From NCBI RefSeq assembly GCF_044704955.1, contig NC_091982.1, positions 54,312,001 to 54,376,000 of the forward strand: DNA of 64,000 bases, in the 5' to 3' direction. Source of the stretch: Pristiophorus japonicus (Eukaryota). A model generated the notes under the pieces. That model did not search any database. It worked only from the letters and a program-made list of their open reading frames with translations, and was not told where the DNA came from. Positions within the stretch are counted from its first letter, which is position 1. Every line of letters starts with the position of its first letter. A program made the translations under genes and the position numbers. This document shows, piece by piece, positions 11,662 through 25,495 of the stretch.

Positions 11662-13400
11662 ACATAAGAACATAAGAAATAGGAGCAGGAGTAAGCCATT
11701 TGGCCCCTCAAGCCTGCTCCACCATTCAATAAGATCATGGCTGACCTGATCTTGGCCTCAACTCCACTTCCCTGCCCGCTCCCCATTATGCTCACTCTCT
11801 TATCGTTCAAAAATCTGTCCATCTTCACCTTAAATATATTCAATGACCCAGCCTCCACAGCTCTCTGGGGCAGGGAATTCCAAAGATTCAAAACCCTCAG
11901 AGAAGAAATTTCTCCTAATTTCTGTTTTAGATGAGTGGATTAAATGTAGTATCTCTAAATTTGTGGATGACACTAAATTGGGTGGCAGTGTGAGCTGCGA
12001 GGAGGATGTTATGAGGCTGCAGAGTGACTTGGATAGGTTAGGTGAGTGGGCAAATGCATGGCAAATGAAGTATAATGTGGATAAATGTGAGGTTATCCAC
12101 TTTGGTGGTAAAAACAGAGAGACAGACTATTATCTGAATGGTGACAGATTAGGAAAAGGGGAGGTGCAACGGTCATGGTACATCAGTCATTGAAGGTTGG
12201 CATGCAGATACAGCAGGCAGTTAAGAAAGCAAATGGCATGTTGGCCTTCATAGCAAGGGGATTTGAGTACAGGGGCAGGGAGGTGTTACTACAGTTGTAC
12301 AGGGCCTTGGTGAGGCCACACCTGGAGTATTGTGTACAGTTTTGGTCTCCTAACTTGAGGAAGGACATTCTTGCTATTGAGGGAGTGCAGCGAAGGTTCA
12401 CCAGACTGATTCCCGGGATGGCGGGACTGACATATCAAGAAAGACTGGATCAACTGGGCTTGTATTCACTGGAGTTCAGAAGAATGAGAGGGGATCGCAT
12501 GGAAACGTTTAAAATTCTGATGGGTTTAGACAGGTTAGATGCAGGAAGAATGTTCCCAATGTTGGGGAAGTCCAGAACCAGGGGTCACAGTCTAAGGATA
12601 AGGGGTAAGCCATTTAGGACCGAGATGAGGAGAAACTTCTTCACCCAGAGAGTGGTGAACCTGTGGAATTCTCTACCACAGAAAGTTGTTGAGGCCAATT
12701 CACTAAATATATTCAAAAAGCAGTTAGATGTAGTCCTTACTACTAGGGGGAATCAAGGGGTATGGCGAGAAAGCAGGAATGGGGTACTGAAGTTGCATGT
12801 TCAGCCATGAACTCATTGAATGGTGGTGCAGGCTCAAAGGGCCGAATGGCCTACTCCTGCACCTATTTTCTATATTTCTATGTTTCTAAATGGGCAACCC
12901 CTTATTCTGAAACTATGCCCCCTAGTTCTAGATTCCACCGAGGGGAAACATCCTCTCTGCATCTCCCCTGTTGAGCCCCCTCAGAATCTTACACGTTTCG
13001 ATAAGATCACCTCTCATTCTTCTAAACTCCAATGTGTGTAGGCCCAACCTACTCAACCTATCTTCATAAGTCAACCCCTTCATCTCAGGAATCAACCTAG
13101 TGAACTTTCTCCGAACTGACTCCAATGCAAGAATATCCTTCCTTAAATACGGAGACCAAAACTGTACGCAGTGCACCAGGTGTGGCCTCACCAATGCCCT
13201 GTACAGTTGTAGCAGGACTTCTCTGCTTTTATACTCTATCTCCCTTGCAATAAAGGCTAACATTCCATTTGCCTTCCTAATTATTTGCTGTATCTGCATG
13301 CTAACATTTTGTGTTTCATGTCCATGGCTCCCCCAGATCCCTCGTTACCTCAGCATTTTGTAATCTCTCCCCATTTAAATAATAATTTGCTTTTTTATTT
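11662..13400 (-). mobile_element. CR1 3' part (11662-11930 and 12888-13400), split by a plus-strand CR1
   Basis: Tail aacataagaacataag; ORF 12928-13299 RPHL..CVQFWSP. Confidence 0.85.
11931..12887 (+). mobile_element. 5'-truncated CR1 (RT C-terminus and 3' UTR)
   Basis: KFVDD, RPHLEYCVQFWSP, NFFTQRVVNLWNSLP; tail tttctatatttctatg. Confidence 0.92.
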
Positions 13401-14619
13401 TAATGTGGGTCTACCATCGAGCTAAATGGGAAAGAGTTAGGACAGATCTAGCACCCCAAAACTGGGTATCCGTGAGGTGCTGCAGGTTATGCTGGGCAGC
13501 AGAACTGTATACTACTGCAATCTGTAACATGGTGGTCTGTCACATCCCTTATTCTGCAAATACTATCAAACTGGAAGACTAACAATGGGGAGTGTAGAAG
13601 GTCATGGAAGGAACGTCGTCAGGAATACCATGGAATGAGCTACAGCACAGGGCTAATTTCAGGCTAAGCACTAAAATCACTAATTATAGACAGAGTGACG
13701 ATATGCCACAATTTACAGGATTAAAACAAAGCCTTCTGGATCCAATTTATATTGCTTCCATGTGACGTGAAAAAGACACACAGTGACAAAAATGATACTT
13801 CTCTCTTGGAGAGCTGAATGATCTAATTTCCTTCTTCAAAATGTTAGCAATTCCAAGCCCTTATATTTGATTCAAATAGGACTCATTAGCACACAATCCT
13901 GTGGAAAAACATTGCAATTACACCAACTAAATACAGTGACGGCTCCAATGAATCAATCCATGAGGCACAAAGCATTACACTTGCACAATAAAAATTCCAA
14001 ACAAGGTAAAAACATGAGCAAATACATGTGGGGAAAAGAAATGCACAAATGACATTTCCTATTGATCACAGGGGGAAATATCGTCCTTAGTGCATTGTAC
14101 TAGACTGAAGCCGCTGTTTCGCAGATGGCATTTATCAAACTGTGCACAATGCTGCTGTTTAAATCAGTGCTTTTGAAACTGCAGGACTCACAATATTCAA
14201 ATGAAGTTACAGGATATTTGAAATAAAACTAAGAAATCCCCTGATATTTGCATACATTATAAACTGCTATCAGGAAGTTGAGGTGGCATTGAAAAATGAA
14301 ACACTCAACACTAAATCTAAAGATTTCCATTCTAATTGAGAGCTGAAATAAGTTTACATATATAAAGACATCTATGTAGAACACAAAAACTATATACATT
14401 TATTTGATAGTAAATTTAATATTTGACACTGGTTTAGAACAGTATTCTTATATTTATTGAAAGCAGTTTTTTTCCAGGTTCATTGCTCCACTCCCTTACA
14501 TACAAATGAAGATGGCAGAATGAAAAATGTAATGTTATTGAACATTAAGATACTTAAAATTATTTGGATAATGTTGTAAAAGATAACCTTATTATGGGAG
14601 TAACCCATAATCTAGCAGC

Positions 14620-15050
14620 CCGCTCGTTTGTCTCCCCATCCCCCACCTTAAACATCCACTCCCTCCACCACCGGCGCACCATGGCTGCAGTGTGTACCAT
14701 CTACAAGATGCACTGCAGCAACTCACCAAGGCTTCTTCGGCAGCACCTCCCAAACCCACGACCTCTACTGCCTTGAAGGACAAGGGCAGCAGGCGCCTAG
14801 GAACACCATCACCTCCAAGTTCTCCTCCAAGTCATACACCATCCTGACTTGGAAATATATCGCCGTTCCTTCATCGTTGCTGGGTCAAAACCCTGGAACT
14901 CCCTCCCTAAGAGCACTGTGGGAGTACCTTCACCACACGGACTGCAGCGGTTCAAGAAGGCAGCTCACCGCCATCTTCTCCAGGCAATTATGGATGGGCA
15001 ATAAATGCTGGCTTTGCCAATGACGCCCACATCTCAGGAATGAAAAAGAA
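14620..15050 (+). mobile_element. LINE 3' end (RTEX-like)
   Basis: LNIHSLHHRRTMAAVCTIYKMH; 3' gggcaataaatgctggc...cccacatc; same family as 63445-64000. Confidence 0.65.
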
Positions 15051-15087
15051 TTGCCATCCATTCATGGGGCTAAATAGCATTTGTGTT

Positions 15088-16252
15088 TTTAGGTGGTTTG
15101 CCTTGGTGGTTTCGAATCACCCCAGCCTACGGTTCTAGACACGGGAATTATTTGGGGGAACAGAAAAGTGAACCAGAGATAGGTTTTTCGGCCTCAAACG
15201 TACAATACTTTATTCGGTTCCACACACATACACACACACACGCACACACACACACACACAAGTAAAAGTAACACCTGGTGGCGTAAACGAAACAGTACAA
15301 CAGTACAACAACTGGCCCATCCTACCAGGCCCCTATCGCTAATTAAGACGACTAAGAAAACAACACAATACAGGGTATAACTGGATTCGTCCAACAAATC
15401 CCACCTTACACACACTATAGTTACACGCAGCACCTCCCCACTAAACCTCTAAGGCTTGGTTTGGAACACACGACACCCCCTCACACTCGATTCAGTGGTC
15501 TTAAAGGAGTGCGGGCTTGGATAATGCTCACCCAGATTATCTGTTGGCTTACTCATTGCTTCTTCCTTGAGGAAAGCTTTCTCTTCCAATTCCGTGCCAC
15601 CATTGCCGCATTTAGGTTCTAGTCTCGATGGTCCTTCCGAAGGTAGAGCAGCGAGGCTCCTGGTCCCTCGTTGGTGGGTTTCCTCTCCGTCCCGGACGGA
15701 GTGCACAGTTCTTGGAGTGAAGAGAGGAGAGAGAAATGGCAGAAAACTGCCTTCTCTCATACGTTACAGTCCGTGCTGCGTGCTGCCAAAATAGAATATT
15801 TCCATTGTCTGGAGTGATTGTCTGAATGGCCCATCATCCCAGATCTTATGTTGGTGTATTCTGTTGATGGCTCCTGATGGCTTCTGGGTCTGGGACTTAA
15901 TGGCAGTTCTTTGTTTGGTTTCCCGCCTTTCGGGGCTATCTCATCCGGATAATGGCGTAAATGGCCGTTGATGGGTTTCTGCTTGGCACCCGATCTTGGG
16001 CTAAGTGGTTTCCCATAACTGAACAATCCTGCCAATCGCCTGCGATGAGTTTTCTCTCCTGGCCATTGTTGCCCAGAAACCTCGGTCTGCTCCAGTCATT
16101 TCCAATAAACAATGAAACGCAATATGTCCAAAACTCCCAATCTTTGGGAAACAGTGCAGTGCCCAGCATGTTCTTTAATAAAAAACCTTCTGGCGAAAGC
16201 ACTTTGTCCAATATCCTTTAATATCTTCCAGGAGCCCACGATGATGCTTACA
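15088..16252 (-). mobile_element. Long solo LTR (~1.17 kb) containing (CA)n
   Basis: Ends ...gatgcttaca, 4-bp TSD TGTT, homologous to 62197-63182; AATAAA on minus near 15210. Confidence 0.75.
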
Positions 16253-17310
16253 TGTTTAAGAACACGCACCAACTCTCATTCACCCATCACCCTTCTGCTT
16301 GCTGACCTAGAATTGCTCCTGGTCCGGCAATGCCTTAATTTTTAAATTCTCATTCTGGTGTTCAAATCTCTCCATGGCCTCGCCCCTTCCCTATCTCTGT
16401 AACCTCCTCCAGACCTACAACCTTCTGAGATCTCGGTGTTCTTCCAATTCCGGCCGCTTGCGGAACCCCGATTTTCATCGCTCAACCAAAACAAACATTG
16501 ATGGCCGTACCTTCAGCTACCTGGGCCCGAAGCTCTGGAATTCCTTCCTTAAACCTCTCCACTTCACTATCACTTTCTCCTCCTTTAAGATGCTCCTTTA
16601 AACCTACCTCTTTGACCAAGCTTTTGGTCACCTGCCCTAATATCTCTTTATGTGGCTCGGTGTTAATTTTTGTTTGATTATGCTCCTGTGAAGCACTTTG
16701 GGACGTTTTACAACATAATTGGGCTGGATTTTTGGTTTTCGGCAAAAATGGTAGTTTTACACTAAAATTACTGTTTTCGCTGCACTACCATTTTTAGGCC
16801 TAAATTTTGGCCTTTCCGTGTGTAAAGCCGGCGTTACACGAGGATTTGCAGTGCAAACCACGAGTTTCGGCAACTTTAGTCCAAGGCCATTAGCGCTGCG
16901 AGAGATATCTTGGGAGGTGGGAAAAACAAAAATACAAAACAGTTGCAAAAAAACATTCACAAAACCCTCACCTACTAAATCGCAGAAAAATAATTTAAAA
17001 ATAAAAACTTTAACTGACCTTTTTTGCAGATCTTCATACTTACCGCTGCTGGCAAGCTGCACCGCAGGTTTGACCCGTCGGTATTCTGGGTGTGGCGGAG
17101 AGTGCTGAAAGTCTGACGGTAATGCAATCTGCACCGTTGCACGTCAGCGCACCTCTCCCCGGTGGTACGAGGAAGCGCCATCGCAACAAGGTGCCCGAAG
17201 ATCCCGCCGACTAGATTTTCACCGCGGAGGGTCAAATGGCGGCAAAAACCCGGTCGCAAAATCGGCGAAAATCTAAAGGTGCTATATAAATGTAAGTTGT
17301 TGTTGTTCTT
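16253..17310 (+). mobile_element. L2-type LINE 3' end interrupted by a MITE
   Basis: cacccatcacc...gctgaccta, ctttgaccaagcttttggtcacc, tail gctatataaatgtaagttgttg. Confidence 0.7.
16721..17274. mobile_element. Harbinger-like MITE
   Basis: Starts gggctggattt and splits the L2 tail. Confidence 0.55.
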
Positions 17311-18567
17311 GAACTAGCACAATAGAGGAAGTAATCGGCAAACAAGCCATTGTTCACTGACTTTGATCCATTTCACCACGTGAGCTTGTGTACCTGGTAT
17401 TATACTAAAATGAGCATCTGTACACTGTGTAATGCAGAAGGGATTTAAGATTGATATAACTATCAAGAAAGAGCAGTGTGTCTAAAGTTAATTAGATCCT
17501 TCCCCAATAAAGGATTAGAGAAATGCATAGACAACTATTCGTTATCATTTTATTCTTCAATAAAATTTAGTTGGCCACTGCATTAATGCCTGTTGTCTTT
17601 GAGACAACAATCAGTGGATTTATATCTCCCTACGGTAAGATGTCATGCAGAGTGTTCCCCTTCTGCTAAAACTCCTTTCACCTCACTCCTTGGACATATA
17701 TTTTAATTTCAATGGAAATGGAGGGAAAATGAACAATATTTGTGTGACAAAAGTAATTCATCATTGTTAATGTCTTTCAAAAAATCTGAATTACAACATT
17801 ATTTCTTTAGGGATATGGCAGTGGAATATACTGTCTTGTTTTCTGAAATTACAATTGCTTCCTAATTTTTAATTACGAACACTTTATTGTCAACAGTTGG
17901 TTTATTGCATTGTCACAGCAATAGTACTCAGCCCCACTTCACCTCCGTAATTTTCACTTTCCAAGCATAAACATTTGGCTATGTACCGAGCTGAGGCCTG
18001 AGTGGGGAGAAGAGAGGAGTTGGGGGGGAAATGAGGGTGTGCTGTATTAGCCCCTCCATCAGGCAAAACCTGCTCAGAGCCAGATCCTCTGCCAGAACAG
18101 GCGCTGAAGGTAATTTAGAAATTGATTTCAGATTTTCTTGCAGGCCATGAGGGGCAGGAATGCTCCAGTTGAGCTGGTCTACCCTCCACTCTCCCCACCC
18201 TCCCCCCTCTGCACCCTTAATGTGGCTATGTCCCCCCTCACCCCCTGTTCATAGGAAGATCTCCCCTCCTCTCCCCATCGTGGCCACGAGCTTTCCCACT
18301 CACTAACTGCCAGGAACCCCACAGATCCCGGACTACGGCCTCCTGCCACCTGTTTGCATTCGCGCCTGTCGGCCAGGCGGCCAATCTGGCCAGCGTTCAG
18401 GCATGTTATTTACATGAAGCCCTGTCATTAAGATCAGCATGTCCTCCTCGCCCCTGGTCTTGCCGAGTTATTCAAGCGCTATCACACAATCCGCCACATC
18501 CTCCCCCGTCTCCCCTTTAATATATCGGGACAACCATCATATCTTGTAGCGGTTCAAGATCTTTCAA

Positions 18568-18748
18568 TTGTACATCGCAAACCTATGGCTGGTGTGCAAC
18601 GACCACCACACGTTAAAAAAAAATCCATGCACAGGCATCTTCCAACCTTGAGGATGTAGTTCGGGTCTTTTTTGAAACACCTGTGAACTCATCCTTTTTT
18701 GGCATGGAAGCAAGTCATCCTCATTTCGAGGGACCGCCTATGAATGAC
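18568..18748 (+). mobile_element. RTE-clade LINE 3' end
   Basis: ggaagcaagtcatcctcatttcgagggaccgcctatgaatga terminal motif. Confidence 0.6.
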
Positions 18749-19649
18749 AAACCTATAAACGCATCCAGTACCACATCAAGCTATGAATTTAAATCTTGCT
18801 ACCATACTCAAAGGCTGCAAGGGATATACTGCGTGAAAAATCGGTCATCCCTGCCCCCCGTTGTGAAACTGATGCATTACAACTAAAGTATGAAACATGA
18901 TGGAAATAATCAAAAAGCTGGGTTGGATGAAGAGCTTCTTTTTGTATAAGTGACTGTCACAAGAAGCAGCGTTGGCCTTGTGGAGATAATTACTCTAAGA
19001 ACTGCTGCATTCACAAGCAGTCATTTTGTGAAAGGTTGGCGGAGGAATGCTGGAATGCCATTCAAGATGTCACAAGAGGTTGCAAAGCTTAGTTGCAACC
19101 TACTCATCAAAAGCACTTGGCATTTTTTTTTATTTCAGCGGCTTTATTCTCTTCTCAGCGTCAGGCATGTTTGTTGCCCCAGGCAGCCTGTGTTGTTGTA
19201 TATTAATCTGTATACAGATCTGACTACTAAATCCTCTCTAAAACCACCAGTAGTTTATCACTGAAAATATCAAAAAAGGAAAAAAAATGTCAAGCTGTGC
19301 AATTTTTGAGATTTATAATAATCCTACTGCTGGGGAACAGGATGTGTGACAATGGACAAAAGTGGCCAAGTGGGCAATCTATCTGTGTAAGCTTTAATTT
19401 AGTCGCTTCCAAGATTACCGCTATCTTGTCATGCTGCATGCAAATTGCCTGCCGCGATCCCGACATTACAACTGTACTTTAGTGGCTGTAAAGGGTTTTA
19501 GGACATGCTGAGGTTGTGAAAGGCGCTATAGAAATGCAAGTTCTTTCTTTCTTAACATCTAAAGCACCTGGCTCGGTTGCATAAGCACGTGTTCAAGGCA
19601 CTGGTATACCGGGGTTGATAGTATTGCATTTCTTAGTAAAATGATCTCG

Positions 19650-20372
19650 AAGCATACAGCACAGAAGGCAGCCATTCAGCCCAAGGCGCCCGTACCCACC
19701 CTCTGAAAGTGCTAACCAATCAGTCCCACTACCCCGTTCTTTCCTCATAGCCCTGACAATGTTTTCCTTTCCAAGAATATATCCAATTCCCTTTTGAAAG
19801 TAACTGTTGAATCATAGAATCATAGAGGTTTACAGCACGGAAGGAGGCCATTTCGGCCCAGCATGTCCGCGCCGGCCAACAAGAGGCTATCCAGCCTAAT
19901 CACACTTTCCAGCTCTAGGTCCGTAATCCTGCAGGTCACGGCACTTCAGCTGCACTTCCAAGTACTTTTTAAATGTGGTGAGGGTTTCTGCCTCTACCAT
20001 CCTTTCAGGCAGTGAGTTCCAGACCCCCACAATCCTCTGTGTGAAGAAATTTCCCCTCAAATCGCCATTAAACCTTCTACCAGTTACTTTAAATTTACGC
20101 CCCCTGATTGTTGTTGACCCCTCTTAATCATACCCGCTATATTCAAGTCTGGATCATTGATGTAAATCACTAAAAGCAAGGGACCTAGTACTGAGCCCTG
20201 CGGAACCCCTCTGGAAACATCCTTCGAGTTGCAAAAACACCCATCAATCATTACCCTTTGCTTCCTGCCTCCAAGCCAATTTTGGATCCAACTTGCCACT
20301 TTGCCCTGGATTCCATGGGCTTTTACTTTTGTGACCAGTCTGCCTTGTAGAATCTACTTTCACCACCCTTTA
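19650..20372 (-). mobile_element. Two nested CR1 3' fragments
   Basis: Tail aatcatagaatcatag at 19810; [10 protein letters not shown] in ORF 20084-20299. Confidence 0.75.
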
Positions 20373-20469
20373 TCTGAGGATTAAAAAAGAGCAGATTTTG
20401 TTTGGCGTTCATAAATTAAAGAATGATTTTTCCAGTTCTCATTGTTTGGACGCACTCATGTGTCTTGTA

Positions 20470-20700
20470 TGTGGCAGTGCAGTGGTTATGGAGCCTGATT
20501 AGCATCCTAGAGGTCTGGAGTTCAAATCCCAACCATGACAAGCTGTGCAATTGAGTTCTGTCAAACGGGTAACTAAAAAAGGACCTTGAGTAAGTTGGAT
20601 TGACATTGATAACCCTACTGTGTCACGAATGTCCTTCAGAGAAGCGACCTGCCACCCCTACCTGGTCTAGCCTACATGTAACCCCAGTCCTACACTTGGC
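20470..20700 (+). mobile_element. tRNA-derived SINE
   Basis: gtggcagtgcagtggtta...gagttcaaatccc A/B boxes. Confidence 0.55.
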
Positions 20701-21144
20701 AGCACTGTTACCATCACCCAAACCCTGAGAACAAAGAAGAAAAAATGGCTGCCGATTCGGGTCCTCACCTTGACTGGTTTTCTGAAATTGCTGCCGATTA
20801 CAAGTTGGTGGTTTTAACTAGTTAGAACTATCAACGGTTTATATGGGTATTGGTGGTTGTAACAATCAGTGTTCAACTCAAAAAAAAAATCCCAGTTGTA
20901 CTAAAACTGTCAGCCACCAACGAACGATAATTTCAAAAGCCTGCTCAGACGGTATCCCTATGAGTTAACAATCCTAGCCATTTACTTCCCCATAGCAAAG
21001 GATGAGTGTTAGCAAGTGGATCATCCCAATCGGTTACAGTAACAGGTTGAGCAAAGTCCTAGAAAGGGATCATCTGACCAACATATTGGCGAATGAATAG
21101 TCCATTGTCGTCAACTGATGGATGTGCGTACGCTTATGATCCTT

Positions 21145-21422
21145 GCAAAAACCTCCCCACTAAAACCCCTAAGGCTTGGTTGGGACATACGACACCCTTT
21201 CACACTATGCGGTGGTCTTAAAGATGCATGGGCTGGGATAAATGCTCACCAATTATCCCTCTGGCTTACTCGCTGCTCCTCCCAATGAAGCATCTTCTGG
21301 GTATTCAAGTCCAGTCTCAAGATCAGCTTCCCAGTCGAAGTAGCGAGGCTCTCTGGTGTTTCTTCTCTCCATCCCAGACGGAGTGCTCAGTCCTGTGCGT
21401 TGAACGAAGCAAGCAGGCGTAG

Positions 21423-21462
<40 letters not shown>

Positions 21463-21884
21463 GCCAAAATTGCCTCTCTTACACTTGCAAAAATGCTTTT
21501 TCTCGGGCCAAAAGTCCAACTGTCCTTTCCCCTGAGGCTGTCCAACTGGGAAGCAAAATCAAGTTTGTGGCTTGTTCCTTTGTCAACTGGACTGTACCTC
21601 GATGTGTGGCTCCAATGAGTCTGTGTTGAATAGCTTTTCTTTGTCAGCTGATGGCCTGAAACCCCGGCCACTTTACTTAATGTCTTACTGATTGCAAGAC
21701 AAAAGGCCTGTCCATCGACCATTCCTACCATTGATTCCTTGTCCACCTGATGTGTATTCCTGTGGGGCATGTTTGGACCTGCCCCACATCAGTGCTTTCT
21801 GCTCTCTGCAGTAAGCGAAAATGTGTTCAAGCAATGTCCAAAAATTTTAAATTTTTGCTGCCAATGTTTTTGCCGAATCTTACA
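21145..21884 (-). mobile_element. Divergent relative of the long solo-LTR family with (GA)n; left boundary unresolved
   Basis: 21151-21290 matches the core at 15432-15565; ends aatcttaca. Confidence 0.55.
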
Positions 21885-22121
21885 AACGTAGCAGCCAAAG
21901 TGCACACAGCAATCTCTCACAAACAGCAATGTGATAATGACCTGATAATCTGTTTTAGTGATGTTCGTTGAGAAATAGATATTGGCCCAGGACACCGGGA
22001 AATAACTCCCCTTCTCTTCTTCGAAATATTGCCGAGGGATATTTTACGTCCACCTGAGGGGCCTCGGTTTAACGCCTCATCTGAAAGACGGCACCTCTGA
22101 CAGTACAGCACTCCCTCAGTA
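21885..22121 (-). mobile_element. Deu-domain SINE
   Basis: Reverse complement of the 700-960 core. Confidence 0.75.
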
Positions 22122-23528
22122 ATAGAACTTGGGTCCTAGCTGCAGCTGCTCTTCATGGTCATGTTTAGTTACCAGGATCAGGGACCAGTGGGAACGATGC
22201 CAAACCCAACGCAATTACTATTTGAGAAAGCAAGCAAAGTGTTCCCTGATTGGTCACTCCCAGGAAGCAACAGTAACTGCCGTGCACAGTGGCCATGAAA
22301 TTGCTGGCCCACAGGTCCTCATTTTCCACCCATTCATTTTAATGGCTGGGAAAAGCAAGGGCTGTGGCCCATGGTATTTCCGATCAGCACCCATTGCTGA
22401 TGCTGCTTCTCGTAGGGATTGTCCAATTGGGGAATCAGATCGAAAATAATCATCATTTGAAAATATTCCCCAAATGCCTATTGCTTCGATGCCAATATAT
22501 CAAGGAGCCCACCTCCAATAAAGCTAAAGGATGACTTGAATTTCTATAACGCCTTTCATAAACTCAGCACATCTCAAAGCACTTTACAGCCAATGAAGAA
22601 CTTTTTTGAAGTGTTGGGGGGTGGGGATTTTAACCTCAAAAACCAGGTAGGTTGCGATCGGGTGGGAGGTTAAAATGTTAAAAATCTGAATTCCAGACAT
22701 CAAGCTGCTTCCAATCCGCCCAGCTCCATGTTTAACGGAGGCAGGATAGGGGTCGGACAGCCAACTCGCTCCCAGGAGGCGGATTGGCACTTCAAATATT
22801 ATAATGAGGCCGATTTAACCGTAGCCACCATGATCACAACATCTGCAATTTTAACCCGCTCACCTGAGCAGGCAAGAAAGGACATGCTTCCGGAGTCAAC
22901 AGAGTCGTTCTTTACACATGCATGCAGTGGCCCAATGACATGATTGAGACCCGACTGTAATTTTAACTCAGGCCTGATTGAGGAATCCACTTGGTGTTAA
23001 AATCGGGGTCAAATTTTGACTTAGTAGCAGCTTGATATGCAAAACTAATACAGTCACTAAATACTCCGCCCATTAATGGATAAGCTATAATATTTTCACT
23101 TCTAAACCACCTTCCACATTGATATATCTCAATGGGTGTAATTATAATGTCTGTTGTTATATGGGTAAAACTGATACCCATTTTATGCCAACAGCAATCC
23201 ACCAACAGCCATTATGTGAGTAATTGATTTGTTTTTGAAGGGTGTTGGTTGAGTATTTGTGAGTATTTGTGCCCTGTTAACGCCCCCCGAGGGCCCAAAT
23301 GGAAGATGCAAATTATGCAAATTTCCCCCCCTCAGTCTCCACACTGTCCAACTCCTGCATTACGTCAAATCGAACATGCGACCAAGATTGGCTAAATTAA
23401 GTTTGTTCTTTTTATTGTACATGTCTTCAATTCCATGTCCAGTGCAAAGACCCAAGTTTGGGAACCCTCAATTCTCCACCAATTTCCGTTCTCCACCAGG
23501 GTCAAGGGTCTTCATTATGGTGGACAAA

Positions 23529-24273
23529 GGCCCTGAATTCGTGGTTGGAGGCTTCCCGCGGGGAAATGCCTCCCATCCGCAAATAAAATACCCGCGTACC
23601 TGGTGGTTTGGGAAGTACGGAGACTCGCGGTCCTGGGCCTCTCTGACTATACGCGGGAAGAGGCCCATGTATCTCAGGAGCGCAGGCGTTTCACAAGGGC
23701 CCTGGGATCACGTGGGCCGGCCCAATGAGTGACAAAAGGGAATCCCCATTCATACTTACGGGGATTCTGTATTTAGGGAAACCCCATAAGCATGAATGGG
23801 AATAACCCAAAAAATACCTCTTATTCTTCAAATTAAAAAAAATCACATATTTAAAATTAATGAAAATGGTATTTAGTTAAATATTTAAAACAAAAATTTA
23901 ATTTTTTGAAAAATAAATTTATGTGATGTAAAGGGGCTAAACTAAACATACCTCATTTCACAAGTTTTTAAATGTATAAATTATTGCTAACATTTTATTT
24001 TTCTGTTTTTTTTTAAAAGTCTTAAAAGCAAGCCTTACGCCTGCTTTTACCAGGCATAAGAATTTCACGGCATTCAATGGACAAATAGCCCAACTCTCCG
24101 CCCGCGGAGGCCCTTTTCCCGGGGATACGTGCGATCTGACAAGAGAATGTTTGACAGATCACAAGTTCCGGGTTTAGCGCATGGGCGGTGCATACCTAAA
24201 CCCGGAACTTGCACAGCCCCGACAGGCATGTGCGCACTACATTCGCACCTGTAGGGGCTGCAAATGATGGCCC
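23529..24273. mobile_element. Harbinger-like MITE with AT-rich centre, related to 58353-59117 in opposite orientation
   Basis: Termini ggccctgaatt / aaatgatggccc; shared cgcctgctttt.caggc motif. Confidence 0.55.
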
Positions 24274-25270
24274 AGTGAAAGTTCCACCGTATCTAAATTA
24301 GAGGGAATAACCTTGATCTCATCATTCTCATAGTTAGGAAGTGAGAAGACAATATTTACCCAGATGAGTAGATTTGTTTAATCCACTTGAGCAGAAACGA
24401 GTCACATCATCCTGACATCACTCTGCAAATGGTATTTGCATATACCCAGTTGTAATTTCATTGATAATTAATGCGCAGAGAATTGAATGGGTTTCATTAA
24501 TATCTGGCACTGTGGTACGGACGATATAAAAGATTGTTGAACCTGCAAAGTAAAGACCCGTGACAGTGATAAATGAGGGTGCGTTGCACATGATTGTATT
24601 ACAGTGCGAATGTTAATAAAGTTTCTAAAATATAATATTAAATCAGTCAAATGAAATGATGAGTAACAAAAATTAACAAATTGGCTTTCGAACAGAAATG
24701 TAGCCTTGGGATAAAGACTGGAATCCAGCAAGGTGATGATTTCAGGGAGGAGTGAGTGAGTGATGATCTATGAATAATTTTATACATGTTTGATTCAAGG
24801 ATATTAAAAGGAATTTCTGTTTCCACAGGTGTCATTGCTTCGCTGCTTGAGGTACGAGGTCTGGAGTCCCTCAACGATTCCTGTAGAAGGTTTGCTTCAC
24901 AGAAGCTGAAACAAAGCAGACGGAACCCACTCACGCAGTGAGACAGACCACTGAAGGCAATGAGAAATACTGCCGTTACAGCAATAGCGCAATCGCTCTC
25001 CCCGTGACAGCGGCACCACATTCTGTGCCAGACTCCTGGGCCCAGTACTCCTGCGGGGGTCATCTGACAAAGACATCTGCTGCGCTACAGATTCTACTGT
25101 CAGCTGTGCAAAGGGAAAAGCAATGGGGGACAAATTCACAAATACAATAGCTGTCTGCGGGTCCACAGCCTTTTAACTGCCCCCATCGCAAAGCCAGTGC
25201 CAACATCTGAACCAGTAAGTCACCTCACGCAATGCTCATTCCGAGAGGAATGGAGAAAGGGTTTTACAGT

Positions 25271-25436
25271 TGTAATATATTTATGCTTGGGGTCACCAGA
25301 TACCAGAGGGCGCCACTTTCGGATGCCATGCAGGCAATACAACAAGTCAGGTCTTGTACTTGTCCGAGGCAGAATAAAAGAGTTCGGGTACGCACCCAGT
25401 GGCAGTTGATAATAATAGGACTCTTGTGTTATTACA
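25271..25436 (+). mobile_element. 166-bp solo LTR
   Basis: TGTAATA...TATTACA ends with AATAAA; family copies at 25496 and 44577. Confidence 0.8.
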
Positions 25437-25495
25437 TTTCGACACGTCCTGGCCTTCAGCACAGACATGCATGTAGAAGCGATAGCATGAGATGA

